From: Myxococcota bacterium
Lineage (GTDB): Bacteria; Myxococcota_A; UBA9160; SZUA-336
DNA length: 64,000 nt
Direction: 5' to 3'
NCBI GenBank assembly: GCA_965247115.1
Contig: CBDFGR010000002.1
Span: forward strand, 736,001 to 800,000
Shown: piece by piece, positions 40,041-48,431 of the stretch
Layout of the letters: every line of letters starts with the position of its first letter
Numbering within the stretch: position 1 is the stretch's first letter
Program-made: the position numbers and the translations under genes
Notes under the pieces: model-generated
What the model saw: only the letters and a program-made list of their open reading frames with translations
Databases searched by the model: none
Told to the model about the DNA's origin: nothing

Positions 40041-40917
40041 CCAGCACGTGGTCTTCGTCCAGGCCTTCGATGAAGTTCAGGGCGCGGCTCGAGCGGTAAC
40101 CGAGTAGCTGCTGCGCCTTCTTGGGGAGCGTGCTGGCGAGGGCGGATGGCACCGCCATGAACTGGTTCTCTTCCTGGATCAGGCGATCGAGCCCAAACGA
40201 GAAGATCAGCCCAGTGCGCGGCTCGTCGACCGCGCTCGATCCCAGCCCGTGGAACACGCTGCCCAGCCAGACGGCCACCGAGCCCTTCGGCATCACCGCC
40301 TGAATCACCTCGTGCTCCTCGGGCTTGCGGTCCCGCGGCCAGCCGTTGCTGCCCGGAACGAAGCGCGTCGCACCGTTGTCGCGCGTGAAGTCCGTGAGTG
40401 CGACCATGAAGGCCAGCGTCAGCTCCGGCCCTTCGGGATCGCGATGCCAGTAAGGCAGGTAGCGCCACTCGTCGCGGTGTAGCATCTGGTTCGCGCCGCC
40501 CCGGCACACCTGCATCGCGACGCTGGCGTTGATGTGGTAGTGGTGGCAATTGGGGCCTTTGGCGGGATCGATCACGTCGAAGAACTTCGGCTCGGGTACG
40601 GGAGTCGAAGACGACGCCATCGGGAACTCGGGAAGCAAAATCCCGTCGGCCAGCTCGAGCAGGCGCTCGTTGCACAGCAGGTGCTCGCTGAACTCCGGCC
40701 CCCGCGCGAACAGCGCAGTCACGGACCGCTTTCGATGGCCAAAGAACTCGCCGCCGCCCGGCTCCTGCTCTTCGAGCTCACCGGCCACCTTCGCAGTGAG
40801 CGTGTCCATGATCTCTGGCGCGAGCAGGTTCTCGATGATCACGAGCCCGTTCTCGCGGATCTCGGCCACGGCATCGGCCATGTTGTCGTCTCTACGAAAC
40901 CGTCGGATGGCGTTCAT
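40015..40917 (-). CDS. Phytanoyl-CoA dioxygenase (PhyH) family protein
   Basis: QMLHRD, ALTDFTRDNGATRFVPGS, GSVFHG, QEENQF. Confidence 0.9.
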   Translation of the reverse strand: MNAIRRFRRDDNMADAVAEIRENGLVIIENLLAPEIMDTLTAKVAGELEEQEPGGGEFFGHRKRSVTALFARGPEFSEHLLCNERLLELADGILLPEFPMASSSTPVPEPKFFDVIDPAKGPNCHHYHINASVAMQVCRGGANQMLHRDEWRYLPYWHRDPEGPELTLAFMVALTDFTRDNGATRFVPGSNGWPRDRKPEEHEVIQAVMPKGSVAVWLGSVFHGLGSSAVDEPRTGLIFSFGLDRLIQEENQFMAVPSALASTLPKKAQQLLGYRSSRALNFIEGLDEDHVLATPRRGAG

Positions 40918-41562
40918 GGTCGGTCTCCGTGGCGCCGCCTCCCCCGTGAGGAGCAGTCTATCGCTCTTGCGTGAGAGACTCCAAGGCGACTCCCGAGTGC
41001 CGAATCGGAGATTTCGATGTCGAGCAGTGTCGTCGCCAGAGGCCCAGCCCGCCTCTCGAGCTCGCGCCCCGGGCCTCAGACCAATCGATAGGACGGGAAG
41101 GGCCATTGTCACAACCCGAGAAACCCTCTTAAACTCCCTATCCCCCCAGGTCTTGGGTTCTGCTATCGTTCTCCGCCGAGGGGCCTTCCGATCGGCTTAC
41201 AGCTTCTGGCCTTACCCGCCTGCTCTGTTTCCCATATCGAGTTTGCCTTTCCTGCTCGTGCGCAGGGCCAGGCGGCCAACGTTGCGGGCGGTTTACATAG
41301 CGCCCGACCACCTGAGGTGGAAAGTCCGGCCCCGGAGTCTGGCGCAAATGCCGCGAACTCGAGAAGAAGGTGCGGCAGAGGAATGTCAGTTGAGTAAGAA
41401 GCTATATGTCGGAAATCTTGCCTTTTCTACCACCGAGGACGAGCTACGGGCCGCCTTCGAGAAGGGGATTATATCGCTGTTTACCCAGATTCCGATCTAA
41501 TGGGAATTAGGTACTTTGACTGAATCAACCACCTATCGAGGCTGCCGCCATGGGTGATCTCA

Positions 41563-41856
41563 TCAGCTTCCCGGGAGGCGAGTCTCATCCTCAGGACTCG
41601 GAGCAAGAAGGCGAAGAGTGTCCCGCGCCATCTGAATCAGGTCACGCCGATCCCAAAGAGAGGTCTGGGGATACTTCCCCTCCAACTTCGGATCTGGAGT
41701 CAGAACAAGAACGACCTTTCCGTCTTCTTGGGTCTGGCCGTTGTCGCTATACGCCCAAGTGGACACCTGAGATGGAACGCCAGTATTACGTATGGTTGCG
41801 GTCATATCTTCGTCAGACAGAACCTTGATGCCGCCGTCGCTACGTCGATCGGTCAT
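41563..41856 (-). CDS. Hypothetical passenger protein
   Basis: ATG with AAGGGG Shine-Dalgarno, same strand as the IS operon; an alternative + strand ORF overlaps it. Confidence 0.4.
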   Translation of the reverse strand: MTDRRSDGGIKVLSDEDMTATIRNTGVPSQVSTWAYSDNGQTQEDGKVVLVLTPDPKLEGKYPQTSLWDRRDLIQMARDTLRLLAPSPEDETRLPGS

Positions 41857-41917
41857 TTGCTCATTCCCCTTCTTGCGTCCGTCTGACTTCCTTCACGCTG
41901 TTTACCCAAGGCCCCGA

Positions 41918-42106
41918 TCACTTCCGAGCTCGTGATCCAGGCTTGAGATAGCGCCACTCGTCTTCCTTCTTCGGCGGACTACGCATCAGCGCTCGCGCGA
42001 CATTCTCCGGTGTGTCCGGGATCGGGTCGGGCATGACCAGCTTCTCCGGCCGGCCTCGGCGACGTTTCTGTTTGTTCGACTCTGACTGATTACGGTTTGC
42101 GGTCAT
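41918..42106 (-). CDS. Small basic IS-associated protein
   Basis: RRGRP...IPDTPENVARALM..PPKK...W.YL; ATGA overlap with the endonuclease stop. Confidence 0.6.
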   Translation of the reverse strand: MTANRNQSESNKQKRRRGRPEKLVMPDPIPDTPENVARALMRSPPKKEDEWRYLKPGSRARK

Positions 42107-42750
42107 CTCGACTCTCCAAAATACTGCTTCAGGAACTCAAAGACTTCACGCTTTTGCACCTCGGACGCCGACTGAACAATGGCGAAGACATTAAGCCAGC
42201 CGGTTTCATCATCCCAATAGTTCTTCTTCATGACTTGGTGACGCCCGCAAAGGGGTTGCCATTTTGTCGGGTCTTTGGGGTTAGCCTCAGCGTGAAGTGC
42301 GTGAGGCGTTCGATGGTCAGGTGTGAGTTTGACTGTCCCTCCGCCCACAAGGTCGGTATCGCCGTTACGCAAGTTGCAAGTTATGCCGCTTTCCTGCCAA
42401 GCGCACCGATCTTCGTATTGAGCTAAAACGAGTTTCCAAGTAGCTGCCGTGGGGCGTGTACGGCGGAGTGCTGTAGCTCGGCGCTCCGCGTTCGGCATCA
42501 TGTACTCACTGACCTTCAGCTCGTCTCGGTTTCGCCAAGATAGGATCGTATAACCCTCGTCGGTTCGTAATTCCGAAAGGCGTTGATGCCAGTTTTCAGG
42601 GATACGTCCCGACTCGGGGTCAGTTGCAACTTCGATCAACTGTTCACGAGTGGCCACTTTACCAGGATTATCCAGAAAGAATGCCTTGATGCGCTTCCGT
42701 ATCGACCCCTGGCGGTATGTTCCTTGAATGGTGGCATTTCTATCTTCCAT
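42103..42750 (-). CDS. HNH type II restriction endonuclease, KpnI-like
   Basis: PENWHQRLSELRTD.GYTILSWR, GGGTVKLTPDH.TPH and WQ.LCGRHQVMKKNYWD match R.KpnI as I recall it. Confidence 0.85.
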   Translation of the reverse strand: MEDRNATIQGTYRQGSIRKRIKAFFLDNPGKVATREQLIEVATDPESGRIPENWHQRLSELRTDEGYTILSWRNRDELKVSEYMMPNAERRATALRRTRPTAATWKLVLAQYEDRCAWQESGITCNLRNGDTDLVGGGTVKLTPDHRTPHALHAEANPKDPTKWQPLCGRHQVMKKNYWDDETGWLNVFAIVQSASEVQKREVFEFLKQYFGESR

Positions 42751-43507
42751 TCAAACGCCGGTGCTTTGCGATTCTTGATCGCGTCAGAGTTAGGGATTCG
42801 GGAGAATTGTCACAGAGGATTCCATTTCGCTTGAGGCGAAGGCACGCTTCGCCCGTGGTTCCAGAGCCGCACATGGGGTCAAGTACAGTGTCGTTCTCTT
42901 TGGTGGACATGGACAGCAACGGCTCAATCACCGAAAGCGGTTTTTGAGCCGGGTGGCCCGTCTGCTCTGAACGCCCAACAAATCCGATATTGAGCGACGC
43001 TTCCAGTACCGAGGAAGGGCCGGGCACAAAACGCATCTTCCCATTGTAGAAGCGTTTGAGTTGCTCCTCATTCAAGAAGTGCTCCGGGTAAACCGGCGCG
43101 TTGTCCGATGCTATGTGCAGGCAAGTATTCTGCGCTGATCTCCACCCTCTAATGACGGAAGGACAGTTCTTGTAGTACCACGTGAGCCATGCCACAAGAC
43201 CGAAACCCGATGGGATGTGAGCGATCTGGTGGGCGATAATTTCCGGAAATCCCCAGATGAAGACGTGTTCAGAAATCTTGCACGCAGCATGGATGACGTC
43301 GGTAAGCCAACCGTCATAATCTGGTCGGAATCCACCGACTCCTTTGTTGTACCAAGGGTCGAGTATGACCGCATTTACGGGTGGAACCACCGCAAGCGTA
43401 TCCAGCACATCAGCCGCCGGAAGCATCTTGATAGTTGGGCGCTTTATGCGGGGGCTACGAGATTTCCGCTGCTTTGTGGCTGACGCTTGAACCGAGCCAT
43501 CCATCAC
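42740..43507 (-). CDS. Beta-class amino DNA methyltransferase
   Basis: Motif IV variant DPWY, HPAQKP, motif I DPMCGSGTT. Confidence 0.88.
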   Translation of the reverse strand: MMDGSVQASATKQRKSRSPRIKRPTIKMLPAADVLDTLAVVPPVNAVILDPWYNKGVGGFRPDYDGWLTDVIHAACKISEHVFIWGFPEIIAHQIAHIPSGFGLVAWLTWYYKNCPSVIRGWRSAQNTCLHIASDNAPVYPEHFLNEEQLKRFYNGKMRFVPGPSSVLEASLNIGFVGRSEQTGHPAQKPLSVIEPLLSMSTKENDTVLDPMCGSGTTGEACLRLKRNGILCDNSPESLTLTRSRIAKHRRLNGR

Positions 43508-44481
43508 GTCGTCTCCGCCGACGCCCCGGTGGCCTGAATTAGATCCCGGTATCGCAGGCGCTTCCCGAACATCGCACTCGCCACGGTCCGCATCTGGTCG
43601 AGCGTGTCGTACTCACGGACGTTGTGCCGCCCGGCGAATTCGCAGACGTAGCGGTTTAGGTGCTTCGGGGACATCTTGTGATACGTCCCCTGATAGCCAC
43701 GCTTGAGCATTGACCAGAACGACTCCACGCCGTTCGTATGTGCTTGGCCTCGCACGTACTCCCCCACGCTGTGACGGACGCTCTCGCGGTTCGGATAGCC
43801 GCTGTACGCGGTCGCGTCGTCGGTGTAGACCTTCGCGCCTGGTGAGACTCGACTGGCAACGAACCCCTGGAGGGTCGCGGAGTCCGTCGCGGACACAACG
43901 ACAGCGCTCACGCGCTTTGTGGTCCGATCCTTCACGCCGACTACAGCGGTTTTGCCCACGGGTCCTCTCCCCAGCCGCAACTTCTTTCGGGCGTGTTTGT
44001 TGCGTTCCCGCCCGCCCAGATACGTCTCATCGACTTCCACCGGCCCCGCGAAGGGCTGCTCTCCACCGCTCCCATCCTGCCACACCTCACGGATTCGGTG
44101 GGCCAAATGCCAGGCCGTGCGCTGAGTGACGTGTAGATCACGGTGCAGCTTCATCGACGCAACGCCCTTGAGGTTGGTGTTCATCAGGTAGATGGCGAAG
44201 GCCCAGACCTGGTAGCCCTTCTTGGAGTTCTCCATGACCGTCCCGGTTTTGAGACTGAAATCTTTGCGGCAATCGCGGCAACGGTAGGGCTGGGGCTTGC
44301 GCGTGGGGCGCTCCTGAATGTTCAGGGAGCCGCACTTGGGGCAGGCCACGCCATCTGGCCATCGAGCCTCGATGAACCAGCGCTCGGCCGCCGCGTCGTC
44401 CGGGAACATCTTGGCCACCTCGACCATCGACAGGCCCTTACGGTGCGCCTTTCCCGGTCCCTTCTTGCCGCCCTTCGCCAT
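43504..44481 (-). CDS. IS1595-family transposase
   Basis: RWPDGVACPKCGS zinc ribbon, VEVDETYLGG, YTDD, HTNGVESFWSMLKRG..G.YH. Confidence 0.95.
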   Translation of the reverse strand: MAKGGKKGPGKAHRKGLSMVEVAKMFPDDAAAERWFIEARWPDGVACPKCGSLNIQERPTRKPQPYRCRDCRKDFSLKTGTVMENSKKGYQVWAFAIYLMNTNLKGVASMKLHRDLHVTQRTAWHLAHRIREVWQDGSGGEQPFAGPVEVDETYLGGRERNKHARKKLRLGRGPVGKTAVVGVKDRTTKRVSAVVVSATDSATLQGFVASRVSPGAKVYTDDATAYSGYPNRESVRHSVGEYVRGQAHTNGVESFWSMLKRGYQGTYHKMSPKHLNRYVCEFAGRHNVREYDTLDQMRTVASAMFGKRLRYRDLIQATGASAETT

Positions 44482-44506
44482 TCCCGGCCTCCTTATTTAT
44501 GGCGAC

Positions 44507-44535
44507 AGTTTACCCAACTAGCAGGGCGGCGTCAA
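44507..44535 (-). promoter_or_regulatory. Sigma70-type promoter for the tnp-M-R operon
   Basis: TTGACG-17 bp-TAAACT on the minus strand; AGGAGG Shine-Dalgarno before the ATG. Confidence 0.65.
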
Positions 44536-44800
44536 GGGAATCTGGGTAAACAGCGATATAATCCCCTTCGAGAAACACGGCCGCGTCGAGTCCGTGAACG
44601 TGATCATGGATCGCGATACCGGCCGTTCTCGTGGCTTTGGGTTCGTCGAGATGGACGAAGCCAGTACCGCGGACGCTGCGATGCGCGCCCTCGACGGGAG
44701 CAATCTCGGCGGCCGAGACCTCAAGGTCAACGAAGCGAACGAGCGGGGTCGCGGCGGCGGCGGCGGCGGCGGCAGAGACCGCTACTAGGTCGGGTCCAAC

Positions 44801-44842
44801 AAGGGGGGTGCGCCCGCTGCCTGGGCGCCCCCTTCGTCTTCT
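44801..44842 (+). terminator. Probable intrinsic terminator of the RRM gene
   Basis: aagggg...gcgccc / gggcgc...cccctt hairpin followed by a T/C-rich tail. Confidence 0.5.
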
Positions 44843-45089
44843 CAGGCTCACAGGAGCCAGCCGGCGCTATGACGACCAGTCCGCCGAAGGAGACCCCCCT
44901 ACGCGCTGCGATCGGCTCACGCTCACTCGCGCGCGAGTCCGGTGTAGGGCGGTGCGAAAACCAGCAGCTCAGCAAAATCCTGCACTCGCGCCGATTCTTG
45001 ACCGATCGATCCGCCGAGTCTAGGCTGCTGCGCGCTCCCGGCCCTGCGTACCGGAGCACCTGCCCGATCCGAGACGAGGGGAAAGACAG

Positions 45090-45872
45090 ATGGTACTGCC
45101 GGGACTGGCGCTCGTTCTCGCCGTGCTGTCGAGCTGGCCTCTTGCGCTCTCGATCGAGGGGCGAGTCAACGCGGAGAAGATCGCCCTCTGCGCCCGGGAC
45201 AACCGCCCTCCAGAGAACACGCTGCAGACGGTCGAGCTCACCTCGACGGATCGCCTGGGAAACGAGCTCGTGCGGCGCGCGACCGTCTACCGCGGCAACG
45301 CGCCCGACGGGGTGCGCGCCCTCTACGTGCAGCTCATCTATCCCTCGGATCTGAGCGGGTCGCGGCTGCTGCTCGCGGAACGCAACGGCCTGACACAGAT
45401 ATTCCTCGCGGTCGCCGGAACGCCGGATCTGAAGCGGCTCAACGCGCCGAGTGACAGCCCTCGGCTCTTCGATACAGACTTCTCGTCCGAGGATCTCGCG
45501 CGGCTCTACGGCATGAACAAGCCGGGGCGCTCGACGCGCCTCAAGGATGGCCAGCGCGAGGGTCGACCCACCTACGTGATCCAGACCCGTCCCTACAACA
45601 AAGAAGACTCGAGCTATGCCCTGGTCGTATCCCACGTCGACAAAGAGACCTGCATCGTGCTCAGGGTCGAGCTCTACGATCGCCTCGACCAGCTGAGGAA
45701 GGTCCTCACCGTGCCGCCGGACCACGTCAAGCAGGTCGGCTCCGTCTGGATCGCCCACGATTTCACGATGCAGGATCTCCTCGACCAGACGCAGACGCGC
45801 TTCATCGTCGAGCGTGTGGAGAGTGGAGATCGGGTCCGAGATCTCCCCTTCCCCGTCCCCGCTCCGAAGTGA
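45090..45872 (+). CDS. Outer-membrane lipoprotein-sorting (LolA-like) protein
   Basis: Signal peptide, P.DLSG..LL, LFDTDFSSEDL, VELYD....L.K. Confidence 0.75.
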   Translation: MVLPGLALVLAVLSSWPLALSIEGRVNAEKIALCARDNRPPENTLQTVELTSTDRLGNELVRRATVYRGNAPDGVRALYVQLIYPSDLSGSRLLLAERNGLTQIFLAVAGTPDLKRLNAPSDSPRLFDTDFSSEDLARLYGMNKPGRSTRLKDGQREGRPTYVIQTRPYNKEDSSYALVVSHVDKETCIVLRVELYDRLDQLRKVLTVPPDHVKQVGSVWIAHDFTMQDLLDQTQTRFIVERVESGDRVRDLPFPVPAPK

Positions 45873-45881
45873 GCCGACTCC

Positions 45882-46010
45882 CTACCAGCGCTCCCAGCGA
45901 ACGATCTCGTCCTTCGACAGCCGCGGTCGCGACTTGCGAGCTTCGCCGCTCTCATCGGGGTAGCCGAGCGTGATCACGTTCGCGACGACGTGGCTGGCTG
46001 TGATGGTGAG
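45882..46010 (-). pseudogene. Nitroreductase-like C-terminal fragment
   Basis: VITLGYPDE......RPRLS..EIVRWERW. Confidence 0.5.
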
Positions 46011-46063
46011 CGACTGGTCCATGGAGGCCAGCTCGTCCGCCGTGTGCGAAACGGTGGGCGAAC

Positions 46064-46258
46064 CACAGCCTTCGGCACTCGCCTGCAGCACAACTCGCGA
46101 CGGAAGGGTTCGCTGCGAACCTCGTCCAGGCGCAGCTCGGCCACTCGAGCCTCGCGACCACCGATCGGTATCTCCGACACATCGCTCCGCAGCAGCTGAT
46201 CGACGCGGTTCGGAGACGGGCCTGGGACGTTCGAACCCCTGCGGGCCGGGCCCTTTGA
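46064..46258 (+). pseudogene. Tyrosine recombinase C-terminal remnant
   Basis: HSLRHS...VQAQLGHSSLATTDRYL (HxxR, LGH, catalytic Tyr); no N-terminus. Confidence 0.85.
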
Positions 46259-46413
46259 CCCATTCACGGCCTGCGGCATCGAGCAGCTGCTCGCCCGACG
46301 GGGTCTGCTCGATGCAGAGGATCTCGGCTACCGGCCTCGGGGAGCGGCGGGAGCTCGCGCTGACGCTCGCATAGGCGCTGCGTCCGGGGGTTATCATTGT
46401 CTAGGAGGTCCCG

Positions 46414-47121
46414 ATGAGGAACGCTCGAAAAGCAACTCTCCTTCTCGCCACAGTTCTCATGTCGGTTCCGATCTTGAGCCAGGTCGGCTGTGCTGCAGTT
46501 CGGGGCACGGCCAGCGCATCTGACCGATCCGGGTTCCTGGGAAACTACTCGGAACTCGGGCCTCGAGAGGGGTACGAGGTCCAGGAGGTCTACATCAATC
46601 CGGACGCCGCGTGGAAGAGCTACGACTCCGTCCAGATCGACTCCGTCACTCTCTGGGTCAACGATGAAACTCAGTCTCTCGAGGACGAAGAACGCCAGAT
46701 GCTCACCGACCTCCTGTACAAGGCGCTCAACGACCAGCTGACTGAGAAGTTCAAGATCGTGGATCGACTCGGACCAAACTCAATTAGAGTGAGGGCGGCT
46801 CTCACGCAGGTGAAGGGCGCGAAGGTGGCTCTTAGGACCGTCTCCTCCATCGTCCCCGTGATGTTCGTGGTCTCTTCTGGGGTGGGCCTTTCTGGCGACG
46901 TTACGAACACCGTTGGCACTGCAACTCTTGAGGCGGAGCTCCTCGACTCCATCACTGGCGAGCGACTCGCCGCCACGGTCGATCGGCGTGCCGGTACCAA
47001 GTCGGTGCTCGCTGGGTCCCGCACCTTCGAGAAGTGGGGGGACATCCAAGCGGCCTGCGAGTTCTGGGCATTGGGTCTGACACGGACACTTGTCCGGCTC
47101 GGAGTCCAGGTCCGAGACTGA
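46414..47121 (+). CDS. DUF3313-family lipoprotein
   Basis: Lipobox VGC, SGFLGNY..L, EAELLDSITGERLA..VDRR. Confidence 0.8.
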   Translation: MRNARKATLLLATVLMSVPILSQVGCAAVRGTASASDRSGFLGNYSELGPREGYEVQEVYINPDAAWKSYDSVQIDSVTLWVNDETQSLEDEERQMLTDLLYKALNDQLTEKFKIVDRLGPNSIRVRAALTQVKGAKVALRTVSSIVPVMFVVSSGVGLSGDVTNTVGTATLEAELLDSITGERLAATVDRRAGTKSVLAGSRTFEKWGDIQAACEFWALGLTRTLVRLGVQVRD

Positions 47122-47228
47122 GTCTGGGGCGACTCACTGCCCGCACCACAAGGAGTCCAGCCCCAGGGGAAACGCGGGTGCGATCTTCTGCTGCCGAGTA
47201 CCATGTTGAGGTCGATCTAGTAAGACCT

Positions 47229-47315
47229 AGCAAGTGCGCGCCGTCGCGACTCGCGCACTCCAGGCAGAACTTGGCGTGGTTGGGGTTCTCGTGGCCGCAG
47301 CTCGCGCAGTTCACC
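47229..47315 (-). pseudogene. Double zinc-ribbon N-terminal fragment (adenylate cyclase type)
   Basis: CASCGHENPNHAKFCLECA. Confidence 0.55.
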
Positions 47316-47495
47316 AGGCTCTCGAGAGCCAACTGACCCGGTGCGCCCACCGCGGGGGTCGTCGAAGGCAGTGTGCGAAACGGTGTGCGAACTGGTCGCA
47401 ACAGGCGCAAACAGGACGAAACCAGGAGTACCGTATGTCCCCGATTTTCGTACCGCAGGCAAACAGACCGCAACGCAGCACAACGTCCGGGACGA

Positions 47496-47540
47496 ATTCG
47501 TAATCAGCAGGTCAGCGGTTCGAGTCCGCTCGTCGGCTCC
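47496..47540 (+). repeat. att site: 45-bp copy of the tRNA-Thr 3' half
   Basis: Identical to 39526-39570. Confidence 0.97.
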
Positions 47541-47772
47541 GCGATTGCAACCACTTACGCGCCGGCTCGCATAGCTCCACTCTGATCGGGAAGCATATGG
47601 GAAGCAGTGGAGCCGACCGATAGGCGCCCACATCGTGATCCCCCCCAGATGCCCCCTCCCCCCAAGACAAGGCCAGATCCGACTCGAGTTCGGTCTCGAA
47701 AATCTCCAGCAGTTATCCGGTACATGCGGTTATTCTAGACGGACCACCCGAACCCGGAGAACCGAGAACGCC

Positions 47773-48222
47773 ATGAACGTAGAGAACGCACTCACCCCGA
47801 CGGAAGAGCAGATCAAGGAACTAGCGGAGGCGGGACACGACAAGCCGATCTACATGGTCAACCTGCTCAAGTTCAAGAAGAAGGCGGAATACCCGGACGA
47901 TCGCGAGACCGATCTGACCGGTCAGGAGGCCTACGGGATCTACGGCAAGGAAGTCGCGGCCCATCTCGCCAAGGTCGGCGGCAAGGGCGTGATCGGAGGG
48001 CAGGTCACCGGGCTTCGCCTGGGTGTCGTCGAAGACCTCTGGGACACGATCGCGATCGCGATGTATCCCAACCGCAAGGCGATGCTCACCATGATCACGG
48101 ACCCCGACTACCAGAAGAGCGCCGTGCACCGCGCAGCCGGCCTCGAAGGCCAGCTCAACATCGAGATGGTGTTACTTGCGCAGGCTACGTCGCCACGGCA
48201 ACCAGATCCGACCGCAGGCTAG
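47773..48222 (+). CDS. DUF1330-family protein
   Basis: PIYMVNLLKFKKKAEYPD, WD......YP, HRAAGL. Confidence 0.85.
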   Translation: MNVENALTPTEEQIKELAEAGHDKPIYMVNLLKFKKKAEYPDDRETDLTGQEAYGIYGKEVAAHLAKVGGKGVIGGQVTGLRLGVVEDLWDTIAIAMYPNRKAMLTMITDPDYQKSAVHRAAGLEGQLNIEMVLLAQATSPRQPDPTAG

Positions 48223-48384
48223 GGTCGAACCGGGTCCACGACTCGAGCCTGTTGCCCGACGGGCATCTATGTAACAACGATGTAGCAGCGGGAACGGCAC
48301 AGCACGGCTCAACGTGGGACGGTCGCCGGCATCCAAACCCTTGATCCGGCGTCCCATGTCGTCCCGCGGCGTGCCGTCGGGGGC

Positions 48385-48431
48385 GATTCGTAATCAGCAG
48401 GTCAGCGGTTCGAGTCCGCTCGTCGGCTCCA
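48385..48431 (+). repeat. att site: 47-bp copy of the tRNA-Thr 3' half
   Basis: Identical to 39525-39571. Confidence 0.97.

Larger units (their letters stand above)
41464..44566 (-). mobile_element. IS1595-family element carrying a restriction-modification system
   Basis: Perfect 30-bp IRs ggggattatatcgctgtttacccagattcc; 8-bp TSD ttcgagaa at 41456-41463 and 44567-44574. Confidence 0.97.
41390..44788 (+). pseudogene. RRM RNA-binding protein split by the IS1595-family element (parts 41390-41463 and 44575-44788)
   Basis: Rejoined frame reads MSKKLYVGNLAFSTTEDELRAAFEKHGRVESV...RGFGFVEM with a Gly-rich tail. Confidence 0.95.

Noticed and set aside
41390..44788. IS acting as a self-splicing intron that restores the RRM gene
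   Set aside because: No group I/II intron features seen; ordinary IR/TSD insertion
47160..47220. IDLNMV peptide resembling a RAYT transposase motif
   Set aside because: Too short; no HUH motif or REP array nearby
47496..48431. Additional tRNA-Thr genes
   Set aside because: Only the 3' halves are present, with no D-arm or 5' acceptor strand; treated as att sites
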